Below, piece by piece: positions 1-12,746 of a stretch of 64,000 nucleotides of DNA. Made by a program: the position numbers and the translations under genes. Origin of the DNA: Macrostomum hystrix (Eukaryota; Animalia; Platyhelminthes); NCBI GenBank assembly GCA_950097015.1, contig CATNEN010000038.1, positions 7,068,001-7,132,000 of the forward strand, in the 5' to 3' direction. Each line of letters begins with the position of its first letter. Position 1 is the stretch's first letter. Under the pieces are notes generated by a model. It worked only from the letters and a program-made list of their open reading frames with translations, did not search any database and was not told the origin of the DNA.

Positions 1-1290
1 GCTGTGCCTGCAGTTCCAGCAGTGGTCGGTCCTTCAGTGCCTCCGGTGCCTGCAGTTCCAGCAGTGGTTGGTCCAGCAGTGCCTGCAGTTCCAGCAGTGG
101 TTGGTCCTACAGTGCCTACAGTGCCTGCAGTTCCAGCTGTTGTTGGTCCGGCAGTACCTGCAGTTCTAGCAGTGGTTGGTCCTGCAGTGCCTGCAGTTCC
201 AGCAGTGTTTGGTCCTGCAGTGCCTTCGGTGGCCGCAGTTCCAGAAGTGGTTGGTCCTGGAGGGCCTCCAGTGCCCGCAGTTACAGCAGTGGTTGGTCCT
301 ACAGTGGTTCCAGTGCCCGCAGTGGTTGGTCCTACAGTGTCTCCAGTGCCCGAAGTTCCAGCAGTGCTTGGTCCTGCAGTGCTTTCAGTTCCAGCAGTGG
401 TTGGTCCTGCAGTGCCTCCAGTGCCCGCAGTTCCAGCAGTGGTTGGCCCGGCTGTGCCTCCAGTGCCTCCAGTTTCAGCTGTGCTTGGTCCTACAGTGCC
501 TGCAGTGCCTACAGTTCCAGCAGTGGTTGGTCCAGTAGTGCCTCCAGTGCCTGCAGTTCTAGCAGTGGTTGGTCCAGCTGTGCCTCCAGTGCCCGCAGTT
601 CCAACAGTGGTTGGTCCTGCAGTGCCTCCAGTGCCCGCAGTTCCAGCTGTGGTTGGCCCGGCAGTGCCTACAGTTCCAGCAGTGGTTGGTCCTACAGTGC
701 CTCCAGTGCCCGCAGTTCCAACAGTGGTTGGTCCTGCAGTGCCTCCAGTGCCCGCAGTGGTTGGTCCTACAGTGTCTCCAGTGCCCGAAGTTCCAGCTGT
801 GGTTGGTCCAGCAGTGCCTCCAGTGCCTGCAGTTCCAGCAGTGGTTGGTCCTGCAGTGCCTCCAGTGCCCGAAGTTCCAGCAGTAGTTGGTCCTGCAGTG
901 CCCGCAGTTCCAGCAGTGGTTGGCCCAGCTGTGCCTGCAGTTCCAGCAGTGGTTGGTCCTGCAGTGCTTACAGTTCCAGCAGTGGTTCGTCCTGGAGTGC
1001 CTCCAGTGCCCGCAGTTCCAGCTGTGGTTGGTCCAGCAGTGCCTCCAGTGCCTGCAGTTCCAACTGTGGTTGGTCCGGCAGTACCTACAGTTCCAGCAGT
1101 GGTTGGTCCTGCAGTGCCTCCGGTGCCCGCAGTTCCAGCTGTGGTTTGTCCGGCAGTGCCTCCAGTACCTACAGTTCCAGCAGTGGTTGGTCCTGCAGTG
1201 CCTCCGGTGCCCGCAGTTCCAGCAGTGGTTGGTCCTGCAGTACCTGCAGTTCCACCAGTGGTTGGTTCAGCAGTGCCTCCAGTTCCAAGC
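1..1290 (-). repeat. Coding degenerate tandem repeat of 9-bp-multiple subunits (GPT/TAG/TGG tripeptides)
   Basis: Recurrent gtggttggtcct / gcagttcca / gtgcctcca blocks; length variation occurs in multiples of 9 nt and keeps the frame. Confidence 0.9.
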
Positions 1291-1665
1291 GTTGTTGTGC
1301 GGGGTGGTGCTGTTGTCGTCAAATATTTGGATGTCGAGTTGGTGCAGAAGCAGGCCTTTGCGACTGTCGTCTGTGCTTGGGTTTCTGCAGGTAGAAGGTT
1401 TCCTTGTAAGCTGTATTAGATCCTTCTTTATATCAAAAACATATTTTTGTAATGATCTCATTTTTGTGATTGATGATATCAGTAAAGCAGCTTTTTATCA
1501 CATTGATTACGAGATAAATAAGACTAATGATTTAGGTACCTGTCTATCCTAGAATTCTTGCAGTTCTTATACTGAAGTATTGTTCTGACCCAGCAATTTC
1601 TCACCTGTACTGTGTGCCAGCATGAGCAGCACCATGCAGGCAACTGAACGAGTCGCTGCAGCCAT
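1..1665 (-). CDS. Secreted or membrane mucin-like protein (5' part; runs off the window start). Exons 1665-1605 (signal peptide) and 1384-<1 (CxC motif plus Thr/Gly/Ala/Pro tandem repeats)
   Basis: ATG at 1665 gives MAAATRSVACMVLLMLAHST, then a phase-1 donor (G|gtgaga). The acceptor ttctacctgcag at 1385 restores the frame: ETQAQTTVAKACFCTNSTSKYLTTTAPPRTTTLGTGGTAEPTT, then repeats such as GPTTAGTAGTGGTA, apparently open to position 1. Confidence 0.8.
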
Positions 1666-4618
1666 GGTTACGAGGCGTGCAATCAGCGACTGGTCAGTTG
1701 GTTCACTTTTGAGTATCCTTATTGCGTGCCAGAGCTGTCTAGTGAGAAAACTCTTCAATGTCGCTCACCGGCCTTCTTCAAACTCTGCTTAGCGCCATCG
1801 CTCCAGTGCGTGGCTTTGTGCTTTTTTGTCATGCCCGCGGCGTGCTGGCGGTTGGTTGGCTATGAGATGTAAAACACGGGGCAGCGGAGAAGAGAAAAAA
1901 GAACAATTAGCGCGCAAAAAAGAAATCAGTCTCCGCCAAGTATTAGGCTACTCTCTCTCTGGCCCCTGCGCCGGCAGTGCCCAAGAATGACTGTGAAGCC
2001 GCAGGTGGGTGGGTTTGGTTGGTGGGTTGGTGGGGGTGTTGCCACAGGCAAACTGGGTGGGTGCTGTCTGAATGATGGGACAAGCCTTACCTGTACGCAG
2101 GCGGGGTGTCTTCGGTCGGACCTCGCCTTTTCGAGTCAACGCATCGGTCCACATTCATGCGCTGTTGAAGCCTAAAATTAGAAACACGTCGCTTTTTCGA
2201 ATCTCAACTCCACCTGGGCGTGTTTTGTTATTTAGGTCCTCGGGCCGGTAGGTGAAGCTTCTGCAAACATTGCACTTATGAATTTGTATAAATGTTTAAT
2301 TATTATTGTAAGGTTTTTTGAGTAGTTGCGACTATAATATTATGAACGATGCAAACGATGAACATTTGGCTACTAGTGCATCCAGGCTTTCCTTTGTCGG
2401 ATGCTTGCAATTGAAGTAACTAATTATAAAATATATTTTCTTGCGTGTCAAACATATAAGTATAGACTCCTTATAGGTTTATAATTAATAGGGTATATTT
2501 TTATACCGAAGTTCGATGCATCTGTTCTGTCTGGTTTGTTAAAGTGACGATATTCCATATTTTCAAGCCTCATCATTGATTTTGTTTTTAGACTATTCGG
2601 CAAATTTTCTTAATTGTGCGCTTATACCTTCGTATGTTGTTTGTTTTTTTCGCCGCTACTGTCTTGCCTATTGTCTGTCCTATGCGGGTAGCTTTTTATG
2701 TCCTTCTACCCCTTACTAACCCAGCTCTATGCGCTCAGAGTGGGGTTTTTATTTTGTCCTAAGAAGCTCAATGAATATAATTGAGAAGAGCAATGCAAAA
2801 AAACTGCGAAAATAGTCTCAGAGACGAAAGGCAGGAAGGCACTCAGAATGAGCCTCAATCGCTGCTCACCGAGCCAGTGGCAACCGCGCGAGGTCATTCG
2901 AGGCGGCGCACTTTGCTGTCCACTGATAAATAAATCTACTAATTAAAATAAGCCAACTAGAAAGGTAGTACAATGCCTGCCGATTAACACATGAGTCTCT
3001 TTCTTACTTCTCTATCAGCAATTCTCTCTGAGTAGTAATTCTATCATTTCTGTTTTAACAGTACAAAACACACTCAACTTTCTGTTTAAGATTGCAACTT
3101 ATGTATCAAGTCACGTACGCATCAGCGAAATGTATATTTACTTTCCGAGGCGAACAGATTCACTGAAATATTCATATTCCTTTACTCTTAGAAAATGGAC
3201 AATTATTTAACTTCTTCAATAATATATTGCAGCTGGGTTGAGAAACCGCAGAAGCCTAACTGAATCTCGCATCGAAATCCCTGGTCTCGAACCCACGACG
3301 TCATTAATGTGAGGCGCAGCCACAACAATAAGGTTTGTAGGGCATTGTGCTATTTCGGGCATGCTGGCGAACCCCTAGTTACGGTGGGAGTGTACACTGC
3401 CTGGCGATAAGCAATTCAGGGGTGCAATCAGTGCTTTTCTGCTTACATATCCTTGTGGTGGGCAGAGGTACCCATTCGACTGTAGCCAGGGCCAGTGCAG
3501 AAAATGTCTTTGCAACTTAACGCTACTTAAAAAAAACTGGTTGAATCTGTCTAGCGCTTACAGTTTTCATAGGATTGATACATATCGGAATTGATAACTG
3601 GGCAAACAGTAAGTGTGAGCATGTACTCCTAGAGATATAAATGCGTTGGCTTCTGGAGGTGGTGCAGTCAAGCAAAGAATGAAAATAAGTGGTTTTACAT
3701 ATTGATGTGAATACATTAGTTATTGTGACAATGTACATACGAGCAAGTATTTTGTTGCTAAAAGCAGCAGATTAAAAATTTGTCAATATATTCATAAAGC
3801 GAAGTCGTGATCACAGGACGGTCGGTTCAGAAGTCATAAAGATGAAGCCAGTCAAACGGCTTCCAAGCCTTGTCGTCATCTGAGCTTGCTGCTTGGCTGC
3901 GGGTTGAAATTCGCAGATTTATAGCACAGTGTCGCAGCGAGCTCTTGACAGCTGAAGGGAAATAAAATGTGAGTATTTTATTCATGAGAATAAAATAGCA
4001 CAACACGAGTCATTGGCTGCACAAAAACTGGACACTTTGCGGGGAGTTGTCGATATAGATCACAGGTTAATTAGTTGTCGATGTGGAGAATGAGAAGCGA
4101 AAGGGAGCCATGCCACACTATTGAGTGATGGTTACTCAATCTATTTGAACTGCTTTGGTCAGTTTGGTTTTCAAGCTCATTTTTAAAGAGTTATAATCTA
4201 TAAATGGCTCGTTAGTCGTGTCGATTCGCACTAGCTATGTACTACTCACATGCATCTCTCGCAGTCCTTTGTAGTAGTTTATCACAAGTCACGTCGATGC
4301 GACATGCTATTCCGCCTAATTACACGAGTAATTATGGCAGGTCCATATCCTTTTTGATTTGCACGCATACAATAGCTACTTGCTATATATGTCCCTGATC
4401 GTACGTGCAGCACCTCGCAAAACATGCGTGATATAATCCACGGCAAGGTGCTCAACTGGGCAAAGCAGTGAGAGACAAGCACAGGATGGCACAGAAGTAC
4501 ACTCGACAAAGTTAATAGAAAGGCTGAATCGACACTCCCCCAAAAAGCCATATTTTTATCGCTGCCGAATCCGACTTTTGCGTGTGTTCACCCGTGAAGC
4601 AGGCCGGAGCGCCTGAGG

Positions 4619-5990
4619 TCAGACCGCCGCCTCCACCTCTGCCTGCATCTGGACCGTCTGCGTCTTTGACTGGTATCGATCGTTAGCGCTCCGCTGTCTG
4701 CGCATCTGCTGTCGTCGATGTCGACGTGGCTGCTGCTGCGGCTGCTGCTGGCAGCCGTAGCTTCGACTGCTACAGTTGTCCTCAGAGCGCTGCGACATCA
4801 GCTGAGGACAACGGCAGGTGATGAAGGCAGCAAATGCTTCGCGCACGGAGCGAAGCGCCAGCAGCGACATTGCCGGGTTGGCCAGACAGCTGAGCAGAGC
4901 GGGATGAATCGCTGCCCTTTGAAGCCACCTTGGCGACCGACGCAGGTCAGGGTCAAGCAAAGCCAGCAGAACCTGGTTTAGTAACATCGCGTGCTATGTC
5001 AATCTGCATAAGCATCTATGTGTATGACATAAACGAACGGTAAGCAGGTTTTTTGAGTCGCATAAAATTGCTCGTTTAACTTACAAGCGGAACCCAGCAG
5101 GCGTGGCCCATTAGGAGAGCCAGTAAAACGCGCCTCGCTCGACGAAAATGGGCCGCTCGATGCTTCACGGGGGCCATCTTTGCTCCGTTGGTGGCTAGGC
5201 GTCGTCTCAATCGCTGGCGTTGTTGCCGCTGGAGCTTGCTGAACGCTCGCTCTCCACGAGCCACCGCAGCTGTCACATGACAAAGGTAGAATGCCGCTAG
5301 TGCAGTCTGGCCAATAAGCAAAGCCAAGCAGGTAAGACGCCACAATCGACCGACACGACTCTCGCGACCGCTCATTTCCAGGCTGATAACGGAGTTGGTG
5401 GCATTCGTCCGACCGAAGATTCCACCGCGACTACCGCCACTGCAGACGCCATTGTCCGGGAAAAATCCCGGAGCGGCCACAGAGCCCAGAGCTGCCGCGG
5501 GAGCGGCAAGCAGGCCAGAGTTAAGAAGCAGAGCAACCAGGCAACCGACGAGAGCCAGAGGAGGGCGGAATTGGCGCTGGCAGCAGCCGCGAGGTTTCGC
5601 TTCGGCGCTGCTGTCCTTATCGCCGGTCGTGGCTGGGCCGCTTAGCCGTCGGTGAATGCTGAGCGACATCAGCAAGCGGAAGCTGGCGCTGAGCCCGGCT
5701 GCAGCGAGGAACGCTGGCTGAACACCGCGACAGAAGCCCCAGTTGTAGCCGCGGCCGGAGGTAGTCAGGACAAAGAATGTGTAGCAGGGAATGTACACAA
5801 CCGCAGTGAAAAAGTCGACGCAGGCCAAGGCAGCCGTGAAAAACTGCAGCGGCTGGCAGGGTCTCAGGCAGGTGGCAATTGCGAAGACCAGAGCAAAGTT
5901 GGCCACGCTGGCAAACAGGCTGACAGTAGTCAGCAGCGTCGCCTCGACGCCCGGACCTTCCGATGCTGGTGGCTGTCGCGCTGAATCCAT
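4619..5990 (-). CDS. Divergent class-A (rhodopsin-like) orphan GPCR, about 419 aa; exons 5990-5085 and 4972-4619
   Basis: Seven hydrophobic segments with TM1 SVANFALV, TM2 LACVD, Cys at the top of TM3, TM3 end LSIHRR, TM6 CWVP and TM7 SCLANPAM. Donor CTT|gtaagt at 5085 and acceptor aaaccag|GTT at 4972 join in phase 0. Confidence 0.8.
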
Positions 5991-7528
5991 TCAGCTTCAA
6001 AGCGTTTCTCACGAGAAAGTAAAATATTGAAAATGTTTTAAGAATCGGTGAAGATTGAAGTTGGATTTTTCGAGTTATTCTAAAGCGAGCTTGGCACCTT
6101 GGTATTTATATTCTTGAATGCCATCCCCTAAATGTCATTTCATTGGAGGAAGGGTTTGCTTTCTTTCTTGTTTAGCATCTCTCAGCCCTTCGCAAGCCAA
6201 CACGGACTAAGAGATTTCGCAGCTTGGTTTCATTCTAGTCGCGAGATATCCGTCGCGTGGTTTCGGCCTTGCCTGCCTGAAATCGAGACGAGCCGAAGAT
6301 TGAGTCAGAACAGCTCACCTCCACGAGGCCTCCATTTAAATCCCTTGAGTCACGCAGAATTGTCAGCCCGGATATAAGAGATCGACTTTGTCAAGCTTCC
6401 AATCAGTCGCCCCCACCCTGAGCATAGGTGAGTGTTTCTATGGTGACCGACAGAAAGCTGACCAAGGTTGCACGAAATCTTGCTGCTATTGTTAGACAGA
6501 CGTCAGTTTTTACCCATTGCAAAAAAACAATCATCACAAAGCTTTTATCCAGATTTGTCACTCCAAGCTGACAGCTTTGGCTCCTGACAGGTGACACTCT
6601 GTCGAGTCAGTTTACCATGGAAATGAGGCTTGACACCTGCCAGATCGAAAGCTAAATAGACATTGGCCGTGTCATCTTAAACACAATCCGTGCACGTCAA
6701 AGCCAAAAGAGCTTTAAAAACTGTTTCTCGTGACTCTTCCGATCCGCACGGAAACTAGAAATAGATAAGTTTTTCAGGAAATTTCTCAACCTTCATGGCT
6801 GATGGATCTGCTTGTGCTCAAGCTTTGATTGAGCAAGATTCGACACCGGAATATATATTTAAACATCAGTAAAATACCCCAAAAACCCATTATAACTTTT
6901 GATAGGCGCAGGCATTGCGTGAGCTGGAAAATCGCAGATTTATTATTAGCTTGCTATTTGACCTCAGCGAGCTTTGGTGTCGATGGCTGAATACAATTTT
7001 AAAGGGCTAAAATCTGATCAGAAACCCAAATATCCCTCGGATAATCTTAAAAAACTGTTAAAAAACAGCATAGCAGCCATTAAAAATATTTCAAACAAAT
7101 TACTGGTAATTTATTAACGAGCATACAATGAAAGCGTCTGTAATCTATCGTGCAGTCATCTGAAGATGAAGTCATCTGACTGCAACCGACTCGTTAGACA
7201 GCCCTCTCGTTGACAGCCAAATTATCGTAGCCGAATTTGTTCGGCGCGCATTCCAAATTTTCGTACACGGCTTCGTTCGATCTGCAATGATCAGGTTACA
7301 GTAAGTTCAGATAGGGTCTGCTTAGAAGTGAGACTGGAAATTTAGCTTCAAATCAGTAAATCTGATGAGTTGCAACTCTCACTCAAGCATAACACGTATT
7401 TCGGGTAAGGCTCGCAAGGCACAGGCAAGTGACGAGGAGGACAAGAAAAGGTCAGGACTCATTTACCCCCTCTTGCCCTTTAGTGCAAGCCTATCCAGGG
7501 TCGGGAAGGGAGAAGAAGGCATGGCAAA

Positions 7529-7803
7529 TCCATAGTGACCCTCCATATCCACAATGGCCCCCACAAATCCATAGTGGCTCCCAAAAATCCATAGTGGCTC
7601 CCACAAATCCATAGTGGCTCCCACAAATCCATAGTGGCCCGCCAGAAATTCATTGTAGCCCTCCAAATCCATTGTGGCCCTCCAAATCCATTGTGGCCCT
7701 CCAATTCCATTGTGGCCCTCACCAAATCCATAGTGGCCCTCACCAAATCCACAGTGGCCCTCACCAAATCCACAGTGGCCCTCACCAAATTCAAAGTGGC
7801 CCT
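7529..7803. repeat. Minisatellite, 21-22-bp unit (ccacaaatccatagtggctc-like), about 13 diverging copies
   Basis: Direct tandem repeats visible in the sequence; they generate spurious ORFs in several frames. Confidence 0.9.
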
Positions 7804-8069
7804 CGAAATCCTTTTGTGCTTTATAGAGTGCCGTGTTTGTTTAGCTCAGTCAAATTTGCAGTAGTTTACTTCGGTTCGATAGTTGCAAATATGAAATGCT
7901 AGTTCCGAATATTGCACTGAATTATTGTTTTTTTTCAAAGTAAAAAGTGTGAGTGTATGTTTTTTGACGGAACAAAAAACAAACGTCCATGTCTCAAGCA
8001 CTCACGGCACTCCTTGGTTATTAAAGTTAGCTGTTTCCGGCATCTGTACTGCTCCATCAAGGGTGGCGC

Positions 8070-11000
8070 CTATCGGTCTCCACTTGCTGATATCCACGGC
8101 TTCCAGAGTTGAGCTTTCTTTCCATTCGCCGTATCCACTGTCGTCAGGTTTGTAGGTTAGCGACCGAGATGGTGATTTGCCAATCTAAAATATACGAGTA
8201 CCATTGTTTTCAGCCGAGAATCCAAATATTAACACGAATTAGTCAATGCGATTCTACGGCAAGCTAAACTACTCATACGCACCACTTGAAACCGCCAGAG
8301 CAGCATGAGTAGAGCGGTGACGAGTACTAGGCAGCAGAGCAGGCAGATAAGTGCCACAGCGTAGGCTGGAAGGCCGCCTGTTGAACTACTCGTCCTGGCA
8401 GGTATCGAACTGCTGATCGTCAAGCTTGAAATTTTTGAGCCAACACCTGGCAAAGTTGACATCAGCTCAGCTAGCAAGTACGCATCAGTTATCCATGGTT
8501 CATTGCGAATGGACAGTTTGCCTGTTAGTCTGGTACCACCTTGAGTGGCGCTGAAGGTGATTTCAAAGAAGTCTGATATGATGGATGCCAAATTTGACAC
8601 TTTCGAATTTCTTACGGCGTCCATCAGCAAGTAGTAGGACTCAGTGGCCAATGAAAGGTAAGCTGGTGAGCTGGTGCCACTTAATCTGTTGTTAAATGAC
8701 ACAAGCGGGTAATCCCAAGAAATCACCACAATGCTAACGTTGTTGAACACTGGATCCTGGCCAATGGGGCATGCACAGTCGGCAAGAGTAGCGCGTCGAT
8801 GACGAGGCACCTCTGGCGAGACGTCAACACTTCGTCGCTTGCGAGCAGCAGGGCATGCGTATGGGGAGAAATTGCCGCTGATGTTCACGGTGAATGAGTA
8901 TGGTTGGCTAGGGTTCGGAGACGGCTCCAGTGGAAGTATGGCTAGGTAACGAAATTCGCCAAAGTATCCGAAAGCTGCTTGATCAGCACAAACACTGGTG
9001 CGGTTAATTATAGTTGGATAGAAGACTCTCTGAAATAATGCGCTGTCTCCAACGAGAGTATTGGCTGCCGATACTGTGAACCTTAGCAGGTTGCAGCTGG
9101 TACAGGCGCTGGAGACGCAGATCTAAAGAGAGGTCAGGAGTTCGTATCTCAGACCAAGTAAGAAACATATTTTATTTTTTGTTTCAGTTCAACTAGCTGC
9201 AAAAATTCCAATTTTGTTTTTGTTTGTTGTGTTCTTGTCGTAAGTTTTACTTTTATTGACTAACGATTTCGCAGTTCAATAATGCTTGTTATACCATAGA
9301 AGCGTGCGGCAACGTATACTTTTAGATGTATTCGATATCAGGACACGGCCGTGTCTATGGCAAAAACCTCTCGTCCTACTAGGGGCTCGAAGACAATACT
9401 ATTTAATTTAGCGTGCAGGAATAACTTCGGCAATGGAAAAACCATTGTGTGTGTGCGTGTTTGTGGTTGTAAAGATTTACAGTATTACCTTATCCATGTT
9501 AGGCATTTTACGACAGGTGATGCCACTCGGACCAATCAGAAGGTCGATGGTTAATATTATCTGCGAGCTAAATTTTTGCGGAAGGCTAAACTGATTGGAG
9601 ACTGGATCGAAGGTGTAGCCCGGTGTCGACTGGTTGAAAGCCAGGGTCGTGAAGGCGGAGCTTATCTGGCTGTCAATGCTCAATTGGATTTGAGCTGAAA
9701 GTATGAATAAAACGTGAGAAACATCAACATTAAGCAGTACGTACAAATCTAAAGTAGAAAATAGAAAATATTTTTTTATCCCACTCGTATTTCTCAGGGG
9801 AGCTGTCGTAGTTGCAGAAGTGGTGTCACCCCAAGGTCTCATTGTGGCGCCCGCTGTAGTTGCTGGCAGCGGGGTTGTTGTGAGATAGCGAGACTTGGAG
9901 GGCTCACATCGGCACGAAGGCCCACTCCCGTGCGCATCTGAAAATATGTTGCTAAAGGTAGTCTATCAAACATAATTTGAGTGGGAGATTTACTATTGCG
10001 GAAGAACATTGTGGAAGAACAGATAGTGTGAAAAAATACTTCATAACAAAACCAACAAATATCGATCAGAAACTAACCACTAGCGTTTAATCTGAACATA
10101 CTCGTACAACATGTACTTTAATTCGTTGTAGTCTATGGTTAAACAATCATTGTCTCGACCAATAAATAGCGCCTCAGACTATTTAACTACAGAAAGTGAA
10201 TTAAACAGCGTTTATCATTATCATAATAATGAAACCCGACAAATAGAATCTCAGAAACTCAGTGTTATATCTATAGTCTAATCTTACTTTGATGGAAGCG
10301 TAGACTACCATAGACTAAAAACCATATACTAAAGTGCATAGCAATGTTTCTTCTGCTATCACGCTCGCGCGGTAATATAATTAACAATAAATATACCTTT
10401 TGTCAATTGATTTCGCAAAAAAGCCAATTGATTTCCGCATTAGCTGAAGTCGAAAGCGAGGGCCCAACCAGCCTTCTCGACCATAGATAAGTCCAAATGA
10501 ATTCCCTTAAGTCCAATTGATTTCCCTCAATTCAACGTGTTTTAAGCATACTCTCCGGGGAAATCGATTGGAGTTGTTTCATTCTGTTGTCTGTGGTCGA
10601 AATCGAGGATTCATAGTTAGTCTTTGCCTACAGCGCAAATCTGGCATGTACAAGAGGAAAGAGGTCATCAACCTATGTAATCAGGTGCTCCGTCATTTCC
10701 TCATTCAGATGTTTCCGTCGATTGCCACCCTTGGCCAGACTATGATCTCTTCCGTCTCTTTCAAATACCTCAATGATAGACCTGGCGGTTCTTGGTTTAA
10801 TCTGCAATTGTCTCGCCAGGAGCCTCCAGTCTTCACCTCGGACATACGATTGAGCGATTCTCTGTCGGTCCTTCTCCGATACTGTAGTGTAGTGCCCGCG
10901 CAGCATAGTGGTTGATGACCTCTTTTCTCTTGTACATGCCAGATTTGCGCTGTAGGCAGACTAACTATGAATCCTCGATTTCGACCACAGACAACAGAAT

Positions 11001-11364
11001 GAAACAACTCCAATCGATTTCCCCAGAGAGTATGCTTAAAACACGTTGAATTGAGGGAAATCAATTGGACTTAAGGGAATTCATTTGGACTTATCTATGG
11101 TCGAGAAGGCTGGTTGGGCCCTCGCTTTCGACTTCAGCTAATGGGGAAATCAATTGGCTTTTTTGCGAAATCAATTGACAAAAGGTATATTAGTGCAGAG
11201 GAATATATCATTTGGCAAAATCTAAAAAGTTTTAACGCTTAGAGCAACGAAAATCGAGAATTTTCTATCAGTAGCTGACTAAGGAATATCATTTACTCAC
11301 CGTTGACCAAAGCGATCACAATCAAAGCCCGGATGAAACATTCACCACACTGCAGGCTGCTCAT
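8070..11364 (-). CDS. Type-I transmembrane mucin-like protein with SEA-like domain; exons 11364-11301, 9937-9785, 9694-9489, 9122-8283, 8184-8070
   Basis: Signal peptide MSSLQCGECFIRALIVIALVNDAHG; CRCEPSKSRYLTTT plus a Thr-rich stretch; Cys-containing region; RKRR and RHRR sites; SEA-like segment (FNNRLSGTSSPAYLSLA...FEITFSATQGGTRL); TM GLPAYAVALICLLCCLVLVTALLMLLW; short cytoplasmic tail. All junctions are GT-AG and phase-compatible. Confidence 0.75.
10394..11187. mobile_element. Fold-back non-autonomous Tc1/IS630-like element: about 280-bp inverted arms around a transposase N-terminal HTH fragment; TA target duplication
   Basis: 10394-10673 is the near-perfect reverse complement of 10910-11187 (TA|TACCTTTTGTCAATTG...CAATTGACAAAAGGTA|TA). 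The spacer encodes MLRGHYTTVSEKDRQRIA...LARQLQIKPRTARSII...KGGNRRK (10673-10906, minus). Confidence 0.8.
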
Positions 11365-12489
11365 TCTAGAGTCATTCGGCCAAATAATTTGCTCGTGAGA
11401 AAAGCATGAGCTCAGTTCATAATAAATTTTCAAAGCGAAGTGTATCTTGTTTTTATCTGTCTTTTTTGCACGAATTAGTGCGTGTAAAAACCAGACACAG
11501 AGATGGAGCAATTATGTACACAGGTTTCGCAAAGTGTGCCCCAATGCCTCGGGGTATATCGCGTACAAACAGAATTTTCGGACACTGCTGTTCTTAGGGA
11601 AGGCAAAAACGCTTACATAAGGGTGGGTCGAGTGGCCTAGAGACAGCGGGGTCGTTATAGCCCACGATCGTTACCTTAGCCACCCCTTAAAATTTTTTTT
11701 TAATTTAACAAAAGAATGTGTTTAGACGCATCTATTGCCTAGGCACCCAAAGACTGCGTACAGCTGTCCAGTCCATGGACATGCGGTTGTTAAAAACTAT
11801 TTTACACCTGGTTGAACCAAATCAACTGGGAATTGAGTATCTTGCTGGCTTAAGAACACGAAATGGCCTCTCTTTGGCTGAGATTTGAGCTCTCGACCTC
11901 TCAGTTAAGAGTCCGAACCTACTAAAAGTAGTTTGAAAGAGGAAGATATAGAAAAAATTGTTACTAGCGTACATCCTTAGTGCCAGACAGCTGAAAAATA
12001 TCAACTTATGTTATTTGCCTGTCACTGTCAATGCACTTGTCGCTGATGTGACACAATAAAAGGCAGTAAATAATATCGCGCAATGTGAAACAAAGCTTTC
12101 AGAAATTTTTCCACAGCCCTCGCTCAGTTGGTCACCGTTTTATCCCACTTGCCATTGCGGAAGGCTGCTGTCATGCTTTTCCTGCCTACAGAATTTCCTG
12201 CCTGAGCTGCTGTGAGGTGGCAGCGTGCATCGTTCCAGTCGCGGTTTTTTAAACTAATGGGACAAAGGGAGAGAATTCAGAATGCCTTTTCCTCATTGCC
12301 TGTATACTGCATTTTTCGCATTAAACTCTGTTCCAATCCTGACCAGCTGTGTTAAACGCGAGAACTGCGCTGAAAGTATTTTTACTACTAAATATTTCAT
12401 CTATAATTAAGCTCCAAGATAATTTTTAGTCACAAAAATCGTTGAATATATTTGTACTCGTAGAAGTCTTTAATAAACTATGTCACTTT

Positions 12490-12746
12490 TTACACCTGCA
12501 CCAATCACGGAAATCAGGCCAGATGAGGCTCTGGCGGCTGCGTACGGCTGTTCAGTCCATGGACTGGGGCACCCTCAATTATCCCAGCTAATGCTGGTAC
12601 CCATTTAACAGATGGGTGAACTGAAGCAATGCACAGTTAAGTCTCTTGCTAAAGGGCACAAATTGTGCTAGTGGAGTCTAGAATCGAACCCCCGACCTTC
12701 AGGTCGTGAGTCCGACGACGAGCTCTAACCACTAGGCTACAACCCC
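12490..12746 (-). mobile_element. tRNA-derived SINE with CORE-like central domain
   Basis: Reverse-complement match to the 14720 copy, including the B-box (ggttcgattc) and the aaatgggtaccagcattagctgg and cagtccatggactg blocks. Confidence 0.75.

Noticed and set aside
4-1419. 471-aa PAVPAVVG ORF and LQCLQ ORFs on the + strand
   Set aside because: Antisense shadows of the minus-strand mucin repeat exon, which has a signal-peptide exon and proper splice sites.
7361-7400. ctgatgag motif suggesting a hammerhead ribozyme
   Set aside because: No downstream GAAA core or supporting stems.
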